Source: an uncultured Clostridia bacterium
GTDB taxonomy: Bacteria > Bacillota > Clostridia > Oscillospirales > Ruminococcaceae
Direction of reading: 5' to 3'
Assembly (NCBI GenBank): GCA_947631055.1
Contig: CANRJZ010000001.1
Location: 1-47,002, forward strand
Length of the DNA: 47,002 nucleotides
The notes beneath the pieces were generated by a model, which did no database searches, had not been told where the DNA came from, and saw only the letters and a program-made list of their open reading frames with translations. Each line of letters begins with the position of its first letter. Within the stretch, counting starts at the first letter, position 1. Made by a program: the position numbers and the translations under genes. Positions 1 through 8,886 of this stretch are shown one piece after another.

Positions 1-6
1 CCAGTG

Positions 7-284
7 AGCTGTTTGGCAACACAGCTTAATGAGCTTTGTCCAAAACAGTTCACCGGACTGTTTTGGAGATATAGAATAGTTTAAATACTTAAAAAGGGGC
101 GGCGGTCGTGTTCGCAAACCCAACGCAAAGCGTTGGGTTTTCCCTCAGGAAACGCTGTCGCGTTTCCTCACCCCCAGCTCCGTTTTTTTGAAAAGGGGAT
201 TTCGCCGTTCTGCGAAAAACGAACTGCGTTCGTCTGCGCGACCAAAGGCTCTGCCTTTGGAAACCGCGAGCTGGGCTCAGCTCG
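7..284. repeat. Cluster of seven unrelated short perfect palindromes/hairpins (7-26, 40-66, 116-140, 147-168, 219-233, 242-260, 267-284)
   Basis: Arms read directly: AGCTGT/ACAGCT, CCAAAACAGT/ACTGTTTTGG, AAACCCAACGC/GCGTTGGGTTT, AGGAAACGC/GCGTTTCCT, ACGAAC/GTTCGT, CCAAAGGC/GCCTTTGG, CGAGCTG/CAGCTCG. Loops are 3-8 nt and no ORF is present. Confidence 0.85.
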
Positions 285-367
285 ACCAGCTATTGTTTCT
301 TATGTTTAGTGCGATAAATTATAATTATTAAAATGATCCAAAAGTAATAATATTAACCGCACTATCT

Positions 368-404
368 GATAAGAGAATATATGCGTGCAAGCTCAGCTTG
401 CCTC
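368..404 (+). repeat. Copy of a ~37-nt interspersed repeat (GATAAGAGAATATATGCGTGCAAGCTCAGCTTGCCTC), just 3' of the ATPase stop codon
   Basis: About 33/37 identical to 10881-10917 and to the reverse complement of 10810-10846. Contains the internal palindrome GCAAGC-TCA-GCTTGC. Confidence 0.75.
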
Positions 405-427
405 AGCCTGCAAATTATAAATGAAAA

Positions 428-3121
428 TCAACCTTTTGTTGTGACATAGCTATCCTCAAAAGCGCCGGCCGGCGCAAGCGCCTGCATAAGCGGTGCTGAA
501 AATGCCATTCCGGCAGCGATAAGGAGCTGTTTCCCAGTAAGCGGGACCGTCTCGAATATTACCTGCAGCGGAGGAAAATATATCGCCGCAAAAACTGCCG
601 TCAGCGATATCATCACTGCGCCTATAAGTTTGCCGTTATTAAGATAAGGAACGGTAAATATATTTTTCGTCTCGGATTTACATTCAAATACGTGGAACAG
701 CTGTGACGCTACCAGAGTAAACAGCGCTGCCGTCCTTGCAGCGGCAACGCTTCCGCTGAGAGCATTTATTATCGCAAAACTTCCTAAAGTGCATACGCCT
801 ATAAGGATACCGCGAATTATGATCTTCTGCATAAGACCGCCGGAGAAAAAACTCTCATCGGACTTTCGGGGAGGCTTTTTCATATTTTCCTTTTCGGGAG
901 GTTCAACGCCTAGAGCTATAGCCGGAAGTCCGTCCGTAACAAGATTTACCAGAAGTATCTGCGTCGGCAGCAGCGCCATCGGCATACCAATTATTATTCC
1001 CAGAAACATTGTCAGCACTTCGCCTATATTGCAGCTTAACAGATAGCGCACAAATTTACGGATATTCGCATATATGCCCCTTCCCTGTTCCACTGCGCCT
1101 ACCAGCGTAGCAAAATTATCATCGAGCAGCACCATATCCGCAGCCTGCTTTGTAACGTCCGTTCCGGTAAGCCCCATTGAAACGCCTATGCTGGCTTCTT
1201 TTACGGCAGGTGCGTCATTGACACCGTCTCCGGTCATTGTGACTATTTCTCCCCTGCGTTTCAAAACACGCACTATACGCAGCTTATCGGCAGGACTTAC
1301 TCTGGCAAAAACGGCGGTCTTTTCTATCACATTATCCAGTTCCTCATCGGACATCCTTTCAAGCTCCGCTCCGGTAAAAACAAGATCTCCGTCACGCATT
1401 ATGCCTGCCTGTCTTGCAACTGCGGCGGCAGTGTTCTTATGGTCGCCGGTTATCATTATAGTGCGTATATGAGCGCTGCGGCAAAGGCGCACGGCCTTCT
1501 TCGCCTCGGCACGCGGAGGATCCGACATTCCCACAAGCCCAAGGAATATCATTCCGCTCTCAAGATCGGAATTTCCTGAAATATCCTTTTTGCAAAGCGC
1601 CAGCACGCGAAGGGCTCTGCCGGTAAGCTTCTCATTCACATCGTAAATTTCCCTGCGTTTCCTTGCCGTCATAGGGACAACTCCGCCGTCGGTCATACAA
1701 AATCCGCAGCGTTTAAGTATAACGTCCGGCGCTCCTTTTGTGTAAGCCGTTTTTACGCCGTTTCCGGAGCATATCACCGTCATACACCGTGATTCGCTGT
1801 CAAAAGGTATCTCGTCGGTCTTTTTATATAATGAAGAAAGACTTTCCGCCGTAACGCCGCCTTTTGCCGCAGCAACGAGAATGGCAAGCTCGGTAGGATC
1901 TCCCGCAGCTTTCCATTCTCCGGACGATGTAAGCCTGCCTCTGTCCCGTGAAGTGATCTTTTTATCGGCGGTTATGGAAGAACCCGTACACAGCGTTCCG
2001 CATATCAGCATTTCCTTTAAGGACGGTTCGGAAACGGGATTTACTCTTGCTCCGTTCACGGTCACTTCTCCGGAGATGCGGTAACCGCTGCCGGAAAAGG
2101 CAAATTCCTTTCCTCCGCAGTAAGCGTCAGTAACGGTCATTTTGTTTTCGGTAATGGTGCCGGTCTTGTCGGTACAGATCACCGACGTGCAGCCGAGAGT
2201 TTCCACCGAATGAAGTCTGTGTACAAGAGCATTTTTCTTTAACATTCTTCCTACAGCCAGCGCAAGAGCGATCGTCACCGTTGCCGGAAGTCCCTCAGGT
2301 ATTGCAGCTATAGCTATCGTTATGCCTGTCATCAGCATATCGAATACCGGTTCTCCGCGCAGTATACCGGCTCCGCTGACTATCGCGCACACGCCGAGGC
2401 ATATAACGGCTATCACTTTTCCAAGTTCCGCAAGCCGTTTTTGCAGCGGAGTCATTTCGTCATCTATATCGTTAAGCATTCCGGAGATCCTGCCCATTTG
2501 CGCGTTCAGTCCGGTAGCCGTCACCTTTGCTTCCGCCGTACCTTTTACTATCACCGTACCGCTGTAAACGAAGGTAGATCTTCCTATGGAATTATCGCTG
2601 TCGGACGGATCGCCCTCGGTTTTTGAAACGGCTGCCGATTCGCCGGTCAGTATGCTTTCCTCCGCCAGCAAACTCTTACAGGAAAGTATCACGCAATCGG
2701 CAGGAACTTTATCTCCTGCTTCGAGACGGATGATATCTCCCGGTACCAGTCCGGCGGCGGGTATTGTGACCAGCGTTCCGTCGCGCCAGCACTTTGCGGA
2801 AGGCGCGGTCATATTTTTAAGAGCCAGAAGCGTTTTTTCCGTGCGGTATTCCTGAATGAAACCAAGTACGGCGTTAAGAAGTACTATGATTATTATTGTC
2901 ACCGCATCGTATATCTCGCCAAGGAAAAAGGAAACTGCCGTTGCAGCAAGCAGTATCATTATCATAACGTCGCGGAACTGTCCGAGAAAAATTTTCAAAG
3001 GCCGCGCCTTTTTTTCCTTTGCAAGGGAATTTTCCCCGTATTTTGCAAGTCTTTCGGCTGCCTCTGCGGAAGAAAGTCCGTGTCCGCCGGCAGTATATGG
3101 TCTTTCAAGTATTTCAAGCAT
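428..3121 (-). CDS. P-type (P2) calcium-translocating ATPase
   Basis: 897-aa ORF with motifs TGES, DKTGTITENKM (phospho-Asp) and TGDGVNDAPA. TM4 reads IPEGLPAT, typical of Ca2+ pumps, and there is no CPC heavy-metal motif. An AGGAGGG RBS precedes the ATG at 3121. Confidence 0.9.
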   Translation of the reverse strand: MLEILERPYTAGGHGLSSAEAAERLAKYGENSLAKEKKARPLKIFLGQFRDVMIMILLAATAVSFFLGEIYDAVTIIIIVLLNAVLGFIQEYRTEKTLLALKNMTAPSAKCWRDGTLVTIPAAGLVPGDIIRLEAGDKVPADCVILSCKSLLAEESILTGESAAVSKTEGDPSDSDNSIGRSTFVYSGTVIVKGTAEAKVTATGLNAQMGRISGMLNDIDDEMTPLQKRLAELGKVIAVICLGVCAIVSGAGILRGEPVFDMLMTGITIAIAAIPEGLPATVTIALALAVGRMLKKNALVHRLHSVETLGCTSVICTDKTGTITENKMTVTDAYCGGKEFAFSGSGYRISGEVTVNGARVNPVSEPSLKEMLICGTLCTGSSITADKKITSRDRGRLTSSGEWKAAGDPTELAILVAAAKGGVTAESLSSLYKKTDEIPFDSESRCMTVICSGNGVKTAYTKGAPDVILKRCGFCMTDGGVVPMTARKRREIYDVNEKLTGRALRVLALCKKDISGNSDLESGMIFLGLVGMSDPPRAEAKKAVRLCRSAHIRTIMITGDHKNTAAAVARQAGIMRDGDLVFTGAELERMSDEELDNVIEKTAVFARVSPADKLRIVRVLKRRGEIVTMTGDGVNDAPAVKEASIGVSMGLTGTDVTKQAADMVLLDDNFATLVGAVEQGRGIYANIRKFVRYLLSCNIGEVLTMFLGIIIGMPMALLPTQILLVNLVTDGLPAIALGVEPPEKENMKKPPRKSDESFFSGGLMQKIIIRGILIGVCTLGSFAIINALSGSVAAARTAALFTLVASQLFHVFECKSETKNIFTVPYLNNGKLIGAVMISLTAVFAAIYFPPLQVIFETVPLTGKQLLIAAGMAFSAPLMQALAPAGAFEDSYVTTKG

Positions 3122-3304
3122 AATTTTCCCTCCTGCGCTTTTTATCTAAACTATATTCGCAGGCAAGTCCCATTATTCCGGAAAAGGACAAGTTAAATAT
3201 TATGCGGTATCTTTTGATCCCCCTATTGACAAAAATAATATATTATGTTATCATTAAATTGTAGTATTGTTATAATACAATATTTTAAAAAGGAGCATAA
3301 TATT

Positions 3305-4153
3305 ATGATATCACAAAGCGTAATAACGGCTGTTCTTATAGGTATGGCAATAAACGGACTTATTCCCATAATAGGCGGGATAATACTGCTTGCTGCGGGG
3401 AAAATAAAAGGCTCAGGTTTCTGGGCGGGAGTGCTGGCATATATCATCGGATTTCTGATTTCTTCCCTTGCTGCGGCATTCAGCACACTTCCGTTTTCGG
3501 AAAGGATAGCAAAAGATCCGGAATTTATCAATACTCTCAGCATTTTAGTCAATGTCGTAATGTTCGTTATATTGATCCTTGCAATGACGATATGCATAAG
3601 ATCGTGTATGAAAAGGACCCGCACTTTCAAAGGCGGCATTTCCTGCGGGCTCGGATTTGGTATGGCATATTCCATTACGTCGGCTATAGGCTGCATAAGT
3701 TCATATTCCGTTTTTTCTATGATAAACAGCGGCGAATTTGACCGTCAGTACAAGGCAGGCATAGAACAGGGATTTATTACCAAAGAACAATTTGCCGAGG
3801 CAAAAGCAGCATTTACACAGCTTACCGTTCCGGATATAATAATGCAGATCACCGCGGCTCTCGGCATAGGTCTGGTGCTTACAGCTTCGGGAGCATTCAT
3901 AATGAAGGCGGTATGCGCAAAAAATACATTTCTTGGATTTATGATCTCGGCAATAGTAACTTCCGCAGACGGACTTTCCGCAATGATACCGAACGCTGCC
4001 GCCGCATCGGTCATACCCGTTGCGATAGGCGCAGCAGCTCTTATATTTGCTTTCAGAACTAAAGACAAAACCGTTCCGCAGAACGTCCCTGCCGTAAAAG
4101 ACGATTTTCTTGACTCAATAGAAAAATCAAAAAACGACAGTCAGGAGCAATAA
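3305..4153 (+). CDS. Multi-pass membrane protein, function unknown
   Basis: ATG at 3305 is preceded by AAAAGGAG (3288-3295); the track ORF start at 3245 lacks an RBS. Several hydrophobic segments. Any YhfC/DUF2324-like relation is only a guess. Confidence 0.6.
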   Translation: MISQSVITAVLIGMAINGLIPIIGGIILLAAGKIKGSGFWAGVLAYIIGFLISSLAAAFSTLPFSERIAKDPEFINTLSILVNVVMFVILILAMTICIRSCMKRTRTFKGGISCGLGFGMAYSITSAIGCISSYSVFSMINSGEFDRQYKAGIEQGFITKEQFAEAKAAFTQLTVPDIIMQITAALGIGLVLTASGAFIMKAVCAKNTFLGFMISAIVTSADGLSAMIPNAAAASVIPVAIGAAALIFAFRTKDKTVPQNVPAVKDDFLDSIEKSKNDSQEQ

Positions 4154-4282
4154 TTATCCGGAAAGTTTTCCTTCGTTTCACCAATATGCGCAGTTTTAAA
4201 ATTGAAATGTATAATCCAAAATCTATGTGAAAAACTATTGATACAATAATAATTTCAATAAAAATAAACGGAGGAATATAAA

Positions 4283-4825
4283 ATGAAAGCAACGGGTATT
4301 GTCAGGCGTATCGACGATCTCGGACGTGTAGTTATCCCAAAGGAGATAAGACGCACTATGCGTATCCGGGAGGGCGATCCTCTTGAAATTTACACAAGCA
4401 GCGACGGAGAAGTCATATTCAAAAAATACAGCGCCATCAACGAAATGGCAGGCTCAGCGGCTCAGGTAGCCGAGGTAATGACAAAGCTTGCCAACTGTCC
4501 TACAGTAGTTTTTGACAGAGATCACGTTGTAGCGGTAGCCGGAGTGCAAAAGAAGGAATTCAGCGAAAGGCGCGTCTCTCAGGCGCTGGAAGAATACCTT
4601 GAAAGCCGGAAAAATTATCTTTATACTTCACACAGCGACGCTAAAGTCTGTCCTGTGGAAGGCATAGACCGTCCTGCCATCGCTTGCTCGCCTATACTGG
4701 CGTCCGGAGATGTGACCGGAGCGGTAGCGTTCCTTGCTCCGAATAATGAAGCTGTTGCAAATGAGGTCCAGCAGAACCTTATCCAGGCGGCGGCCCAGTT
4801 CCTCGGCAAGCAGATCGAAGAATAA
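4283..4825 (+). CDS. spoVT: Stage V sporulation protein T (AbrB/SpoVT-type N-terminal domain plus GAF-like C-terminal domain)
   Basis: N-terminus MKATGIVRRIDDLGRVVIPKEIRRTMRIREGDPLEIY is the swapped-hairpin AbrB-type motif. The 180-aa length is typical of SpoVT. RBS is ACGGAGGA. Confidence 0.9.
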   Translation: MKATGIVRRIDDLGRVVIPKEIRRTMRIREGDPLEIYTSSDGEVIFKKYSAINEMAGSAAQVAEVMTKLANCPTVVFDRDHVVAVAGVQKKEFSERRVSQALEEYLESRKNYLYTSHSDAKVCPVEGIDRPAIACSPILASGDVTGAVAFLAPNNEAVANEVQQNLIQAAAQFLGKQIEE

Positions 4826-4832
4826 ACAACTG

Positions 4833-4860
4833 TCGGCGGTATCTTGTAAGATGCCGCCGA
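4833..4860 (+). terminator. Hairpin terminator after spoVT
   Basis: TCGGCGGTATCTT..AAGATGCCGCCGA forms a 12-13 bp stem with one G-U. The U-tract is weak (TCCTGTTT). Confidence 0.55.
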
Positions 4861-4872
4861 TCCTGTTTACAG

Positions 4873-4901
4873 TTGACTTTTGAGAAAAAATATTATATAA
4901 T
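4873..4901 (+). promoter_or_regulatory. Sigma-A type promoter
   Basis: TTGACT, 17-nt spacer, TATAAT, about 85 nt upstream of the ATG at 4986. Confidence 0.65.
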
Positions 4902-4985
4902 TTTATCGGGAAATTACGGCACGGCAAATTTTTTACCGCGTCATATGCTGTACGAAAATATCCGATGCCTTAGTGAGGGATACAT

Positions 4986-5648
4986 ATGCTTCTTAAATGC
5001 GCCGATGATATGATAAAACTTGCGGAAGAATGGGGATTTCTTCCGCTGTTCGCAAACAAAATACGCGGGTTCTCCGTAGAGGAACATACCCCGTCGTCAT
5101 TATGGTTCACAGACCTTGAAGGTCCTTGGGAATGGAAGGGCCCCGCCGCAAGAAGCGGAAAATGCGTTTACGGAAAGTTTTTCGGCGGCAAGGCAGGTAT
5201 GGTAAGCCTTGAAATGTTCCCCGATTTTGCCAATTACCGAAGGAACGGATACGATTTCGACTCACGGTATGAGGACGGACTTGCTTCACACAAAGATAAG
5301 GAAGTTTATGACGTTATCGAAAAAAACGGAGCTTTACTTTCAAAAGAAGTCAAAAAAATATGCGGGTACGGAAAAGAAGGCAAAAAAGGCTTTGAAACGG
5401 TCATAACGCGTTTACAGTCGCAGACATATGTCATTACCGACGATTTCGTTTATATGAAAGACAAATACGGCGCGTCATACGGCTGGGGAGTTGCCGAGTA
5501 TAACACCCCCGAAAATATTTTCGGCTATGATGAAGTCACAGCTGCTTATTCCAGAGATCCGGAAGGATCAAAAGAAATAATTTTCGGAAGGCTGAAAAAG
5601 ATCTTTCCTTCAGCAGACGAAAAAGAAATAATCAAATTCATTGGCTGA
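4986..5648 (+). CDS. Conserved hypothetical protein, possibly an AlkZ-related/winged-helix family protein
   Basis: 220-aa ORF with a GAGGGA RBS. The motif WGFLPLF...FSVEEHTP..LWF....GPWEWKG...GKFFGGKAG resembles, from memory, proteins annotated as AlkZ-related. Confidence 0.4.
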   Translation: MLLKCADDMIKLAEEWGFLPLFANKIRGFSVEEHTPSSLWFTDLEGPWEWKGPAARSGKCVYGKFFGGKAGMVSLEMFPDFANYRRNGYDFDSRYEDGLASHKDKEVYDVIEKNGALLSKEVKKICGYGKEGKKGFETVITRLQSQTYVITDDFVYMKDKYGASYGWGVAEYNTPENIFGYDEVTAAYSRDPEGSKEIIFGRLKKIFPSADEKEIIKFIG

Positions 5649-5665
5649 CCGCAGGAGGATAAATT

Positions 5666-6103
5666 ATGGGATACAGTTTTTACTGTACCGGAGATACAGA
5701 ACTTACAAGCAGTCTCTACCCTGAGATAAATTCGCCGTATAAGCTTTATGATATTCTTTCCGATATCTGGTGCGCCGATTCCTGCGCACCGAGAATGAGA
5801 GACCAATGGACTAAGGAAAACAAGACTCTCGGTCAATGCTCAGTCACCGCTTTCCTTGCTCAGGATATTTTCGGCGGAAAGGTTTTCGGGATACTGCGCG
5901 ATGGAGGAAATTATCATTGTTATAATGCGGTCGGCAGCTGCATTTTTGACCTTACCAGCGAGCAATTCGGCGAAGAAGCAAAGGAACTTGTATATAAAAA
6001 AGACTGCGAACAGTTCAGAGAGATCCATTTTGCCAAGGAAGAAAAACGTCTGCGCTACGAATTGCTGAAAAATGCCCTTGCAGAATATATGCAAGAGCAT
6101 TGA
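5666..6103 (+). CDS. YunG-like small cytoplasmic protein
   Basis: 145-aa ORF with a GGAGGA RBS. The motif GQCSVTAFLAQDIFGG resembles the YunG family from memory. Confidence 0.45.
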   Translation: MGYSFYCTGDTELTSSLYPEINSPYKLYDILSDIWCADSCAPRMRDQWTKENKTLGQCSVTAFLAQDIFGGKVFGILRDGGNYHCYNAVGSCIFDLTSEQFGEEAKELVYKKDCEQFREIHFAKEEKRLRYELLKNALAEYMQEH

Positions 6104-6110
6104 CGGTCAA

Positions 6111-6806
6111 TTAAGTCTTATCTGTATTTGACGCTTTTTTCTTTTTCTTGTAAAAGTAATATGCAAGGATCGAACCTACCGCAAATACCGCTTCGCAGAT
6201 CAAGGACACCCAGAATTTGGGGGACTTTGGATCGTCCACGCTTGAACCCATCAAAGTAGTGGTTATCAGTCCTGGAAGTATGCCCAGAAACGAACCGGAA
6301 AAATATTTCCACGGTGAAAAGCCCGTCGAGCCCAGAAACATACTTACCACGTCGCATGGAAGGATATTTATCACCCTCAGAAAATACGCTATGAAAAATT
6401 CATTGTCCGACCTGAACTCGCGGAGCTTGTCCGCATTTTTATTTTTGTTTATGAGTTCTTCCACAAATTCCCTTTCGGCATATTTGCCGATAAGATACGG
6501 GCAAGTCAGCATCAATAATATTCCGGCGCAGTTTACGAGCAGCGCCGTAAAATAATTGGGGAAAATACTTCCGGAAGCGGCAATAAGCACCATCATAGGG
6601 AAAAACATCGAAAGTGACTTCATACCGAAAAGCCCTATCATAACAAGTGCCGCTATCCAGAGATTTTTCGGTGTGAAGCTGAGTATATGCTCGACCGTTA
6701 CCCCTCGGAACAGTTTGAAATAAATTATCACGCAAACGCCTACCATGACCAGAGGCGCAAGCTGCAGCATCCTTTTCAGAATGAAAGATCCTCTTTTTTC
6801 CCGCAT
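6111..6806 (-). CDS. TVP38/TMEM64 (DedA-related) family membrane protein
   Basis: 231-aa polytopic ORF with a family-like core (FFPMMVLIAASGSIF...LLVNCAGILLMLTCPYLIGKY). RBS is AAGGAGA. Confidence 0.75.
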   Translation of the reverse strand: MREKRGSFILKRMLQLAPLVMVGVCVIIYFKLFRGVTVEHILSFTPKNLWIAALVMIGLFGMKSLSMFFPMMVLIAASGSIFPNYFTALLVNCAGILLMLTCPYLIGKYAEREFVEELINKNKNADKLREFRSDNEFFIAYFLRVINILPCDVVSMFLGSTGFSPWKYFSGSFLGILPGLITTTLMGSSVDDPKSPKFWVSLICEAVFAVGSILAYYFYKKKKKASNTDKT

Positions 6807-6874
6807 GATATCATCTCCTTAAATGCGCCGGAACGAGCATACCGTTCTGTTACCGTGTCATAGCACGGACAGTG

Positions 6875-8437
6875 TTACATAAGCGGGGCAAAAAGCCGCA
6901 GGACGCGTCCTGCAAGTTTCTTGAAAATATTATATTTTTTACAGTCGTCAAGAGTTATGAGCCGGCATTTTTCTATGGTTTCCAGCATATCCTTCTCCAC
7001 ATCTTCCACAACGGCGCAGCGGTAGAAATAGCAGGCACATTCAAAATGCAGGAAAAGACTTCTGTAATCGAGATTTATCGAACCGATGACCGCCTTTTTG
7101 TCATCGCTGACAAATCCTTTTGCATGGATAAATCCGGGTATGAATTCATATATTTTTACGCCGGCGGATATAAGCTCTCCGTAATACGACCGCGCCAGCA
7201 GATAAGCGTATTTTTTATCCGGTATATGCGGCATTATTATCGAAACATCAACGCCCCGCTTTGCGGCATAGGTCAGAGCCTGCGTCATTTCCTCATCGAG
7301 GATAAGGTAAGGGGTCATTATATGGACATATTTTTCAGCGCGGTTTATAATATCAAGATAGACGGTCTTGCCCACATTTTCGTTATCGAGAGGGCTGTCC
7401 CCGTAAGGTATCACAAAACCGTCTTCGTAAGCGGGAGCGTTTCCGGTATCTTCGGTATACAAAGCGTAATCGTCATATTCGTCCTTTTTATTGTATATGT
7501 TCCAGTTCTGGAGGAACATTACGGTAAAGCTTTTTACCGCGTCTCCCTTTATCATAACGGCAGTATCCTTCCAGTAGCCGAAACGTTCAAATTTGTTGAT
7601 ATATTCATCCGCCATATTGACTCCGCCGGTAAAAGCCGTATGACCGTCGATAACGATTATCTTCCTGTGGTCACGATTGTTCTGGACCGTTGAAAAAACA
7701 GGCTTCAAAGGCGAGAACATACGGCATTTTATCCCGCGTGCGGCAAGCTTTTTCGGATAGCTGTAAGGAACGAGCACAAGACTGCTCATCCCGTCATACA
7801 TAAATCTGACCTCGACTCCCTGAGCTGCTTTGCGTTCAAGTATGCTGAGAACAGTATTCCACATTTCGCCTTCCTCGACGATAAAGAATTCCATAAAAAT
7901 GAATTTTTCCGCCTTTTCGAGCTCTTTTACGATCGCGTAAAAAGCTTCTTCTCCGGTAGGAAAATATTCCGCGCCGCTGTTTTTCAGCGTTGGAAATCCT
8001 GCATATTTTTTCATATATACGGAAAAATTCTTTTCTTTTTCGCTTGCTTTTTCAAGTTCATCCATAACGGCTTTATCCTGAGGAATGAACGGAGCTGATC
8101 TTTTGATCTGATCGCGGATATCACGGTTCATAATGCGTGTTCCGAGCTGGAGCCGCACGAAAATATACAGTAATGTCCCGAAGATCGGTATAAGTACTAT
8201 CGGCACTACCCAAGCAAGCTTATAATAAGGATTTGTTTTTTCGTTTATTATGCAGATGAGCACTATCAGCGACAGTACCGCCATAGCAGCGCTGAAATAA
8301 ACAAAATGATTACTGAAATACATCACGAATGTTATCAGGAAAATGATCTGAAGTGCGATACTGAGCACTACTACTATCGTTCTTCCGAAAATTATTTTTA
8401 CAAGGCTTTTTATTTTCCGCTTTACTTTTTTGTTCAT
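6875..8437 (-). CDS. cls: Cardiolipin synthase (phospholipase D family)
   Basis: Two HKD motifs (HRKIIVIDGHTAFTGGVNMADEY and HAKGFVSDDKKAVIGSINLDYRS) and N-terminal TM helices. 520 aa. Confidence 0.92.
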   Translation of the reverse strand: MNKKVKRKIKSLVKIIFGRTIVVVLSIALQIIFLITFVMYFSNHFVYFSAAMAVLSLIVLICIINEKTNPYYKLAWVVPIVLIPIFGTLLYIFVRLQLGTRIMNRDIRDQIKRSAPFIPQDKAVMDELEKASEKEKNFSVYMKKYAGFPTLKNSGAEYFPTGEEAFYAIVKELEKAEKFIFMEFFIVEEGEMWNTVLSILERKAAQGVEVRFMYDGMSSLVLVPYSYPKKLAARGIKCRMFSPLKPVFSTVQNNRDHRKIIVIDGHTAFTGGVNMADEYINKFERFGYWKDTAVMIKGDAVKSFTVMFLQNWNIYNKKDEYDDYALYTEDTGNAPAYEDGFVIPYGDSPLDNENVGKTVYLDIINRAEKYVHIMTPYLILDEEMTQALTYAAKRGVDVSIIMPHIPDKKYAYLLARSYYGELISAGVKIYEFIPGFIHAKGFVSDDKKAVIGSINLDYRSLFLHFECACYFYRCAVVEDVEKDMLETIEKCRLITLDDCKKYNIFKKLAGRVLRLFAPLM

Positions 8438-8605
8438 TTACCTATTATTCCTTAAACAAATATCTTTTTCTTTCCTATCCGGAACGCCGCAGCGATCATT
8501 TTTTCCGGAGATCGGTACGGCTCCGCCGCAAATATCGTTCCGCCCAAAAAGGTGGTTTTTGCTTATTTTGTACAAAATAAAGTGTAAAAATTTATCTACA
8601 AGTAC

Positions 8606-8634
8606 ATTTTAACCTCTTGACAGCAAATTGTCAA
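8606..8634 (-). promoter_or_regulatory. Probable cls promoter
   Basis: On the minus strand: TTGACA (8634-8629), 17-nt spacer, TAAAAT (8611-8606). This gives a leader of about 160 nt. Confidence 0.5.
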
Positions 8635-8635
8635 G
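8616..8635. promoter_or_regulatory. Perfect palindrome CTTGACA-GCAAAT-TGTCAAG overlapping the -35 element
   Basis: 7-bp arms read directly. It places TTGACA on both strands and could be an operator site. Confidence 0.5.
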
Positions 8636-8685
8636 TAATTTTATTACACTAAATGTGACAATATGATGAAACCTGAAAAAAAATA

Positions 8686-8714
8686 TTGTTATTTTAATGA
8701 TATTGTGCTATACT
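8686..8714 (+). promoter_or_regulatory. Sigma-A promoter for the zinc-ribbon/DUF2628 gene
   Basis: TTGTTA, 17-nt spacer, TGC-TATACT (extended -10). Predicts a leader of about 165 nt. Confidence 0.5.
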
Positions 8715-8854
8715 TATTATGGGTAATAATAATGCATATCCGGTAAAAACTGTAAAATTCTTCCGGTTTCGGCGGATCTGTGTCTGAAGAACAGATCTTC
8801 ACGCGATACCGGACGGAAAATACCGTAAGCATAATTTCAGACGAGGAAAAACAT

Positions 8855-8875
8855 CTCCTTTGCCTGAGGAAGGAG
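8855..8875 (+). promoter_or_regulatory. Hairpin that sequesters the Shine-Dalgarno sequence
   Basis: CUCCUU (8855-8860) is complementary to the SD AAGGAG (8870-8875), with a 9-nt loop. The ATG is at 8887. Confidence 0.45.
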
Positions 8876-8886
8876 CTTTTTATATT

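Noticed and set aside
428-3121. The P-type ATPase as a heavy-metal efflux pump
   Set aside because: It has no CPC/CPH transmembrane motif and no N-terminal CxxC metal-binding domain. The PEGLPAT motif and the domain layout fit a P2 Ca2+-ATPase.
4154-4282. A forespore (sigma-G/sigma-F type) promoter upstream of spoVT
   Set aside because: It is expected biologically, and a CAATAATA-like -10 is present. However, I could not align a convincing -35 at the right spacing by eye, so I do not report it as a feature.
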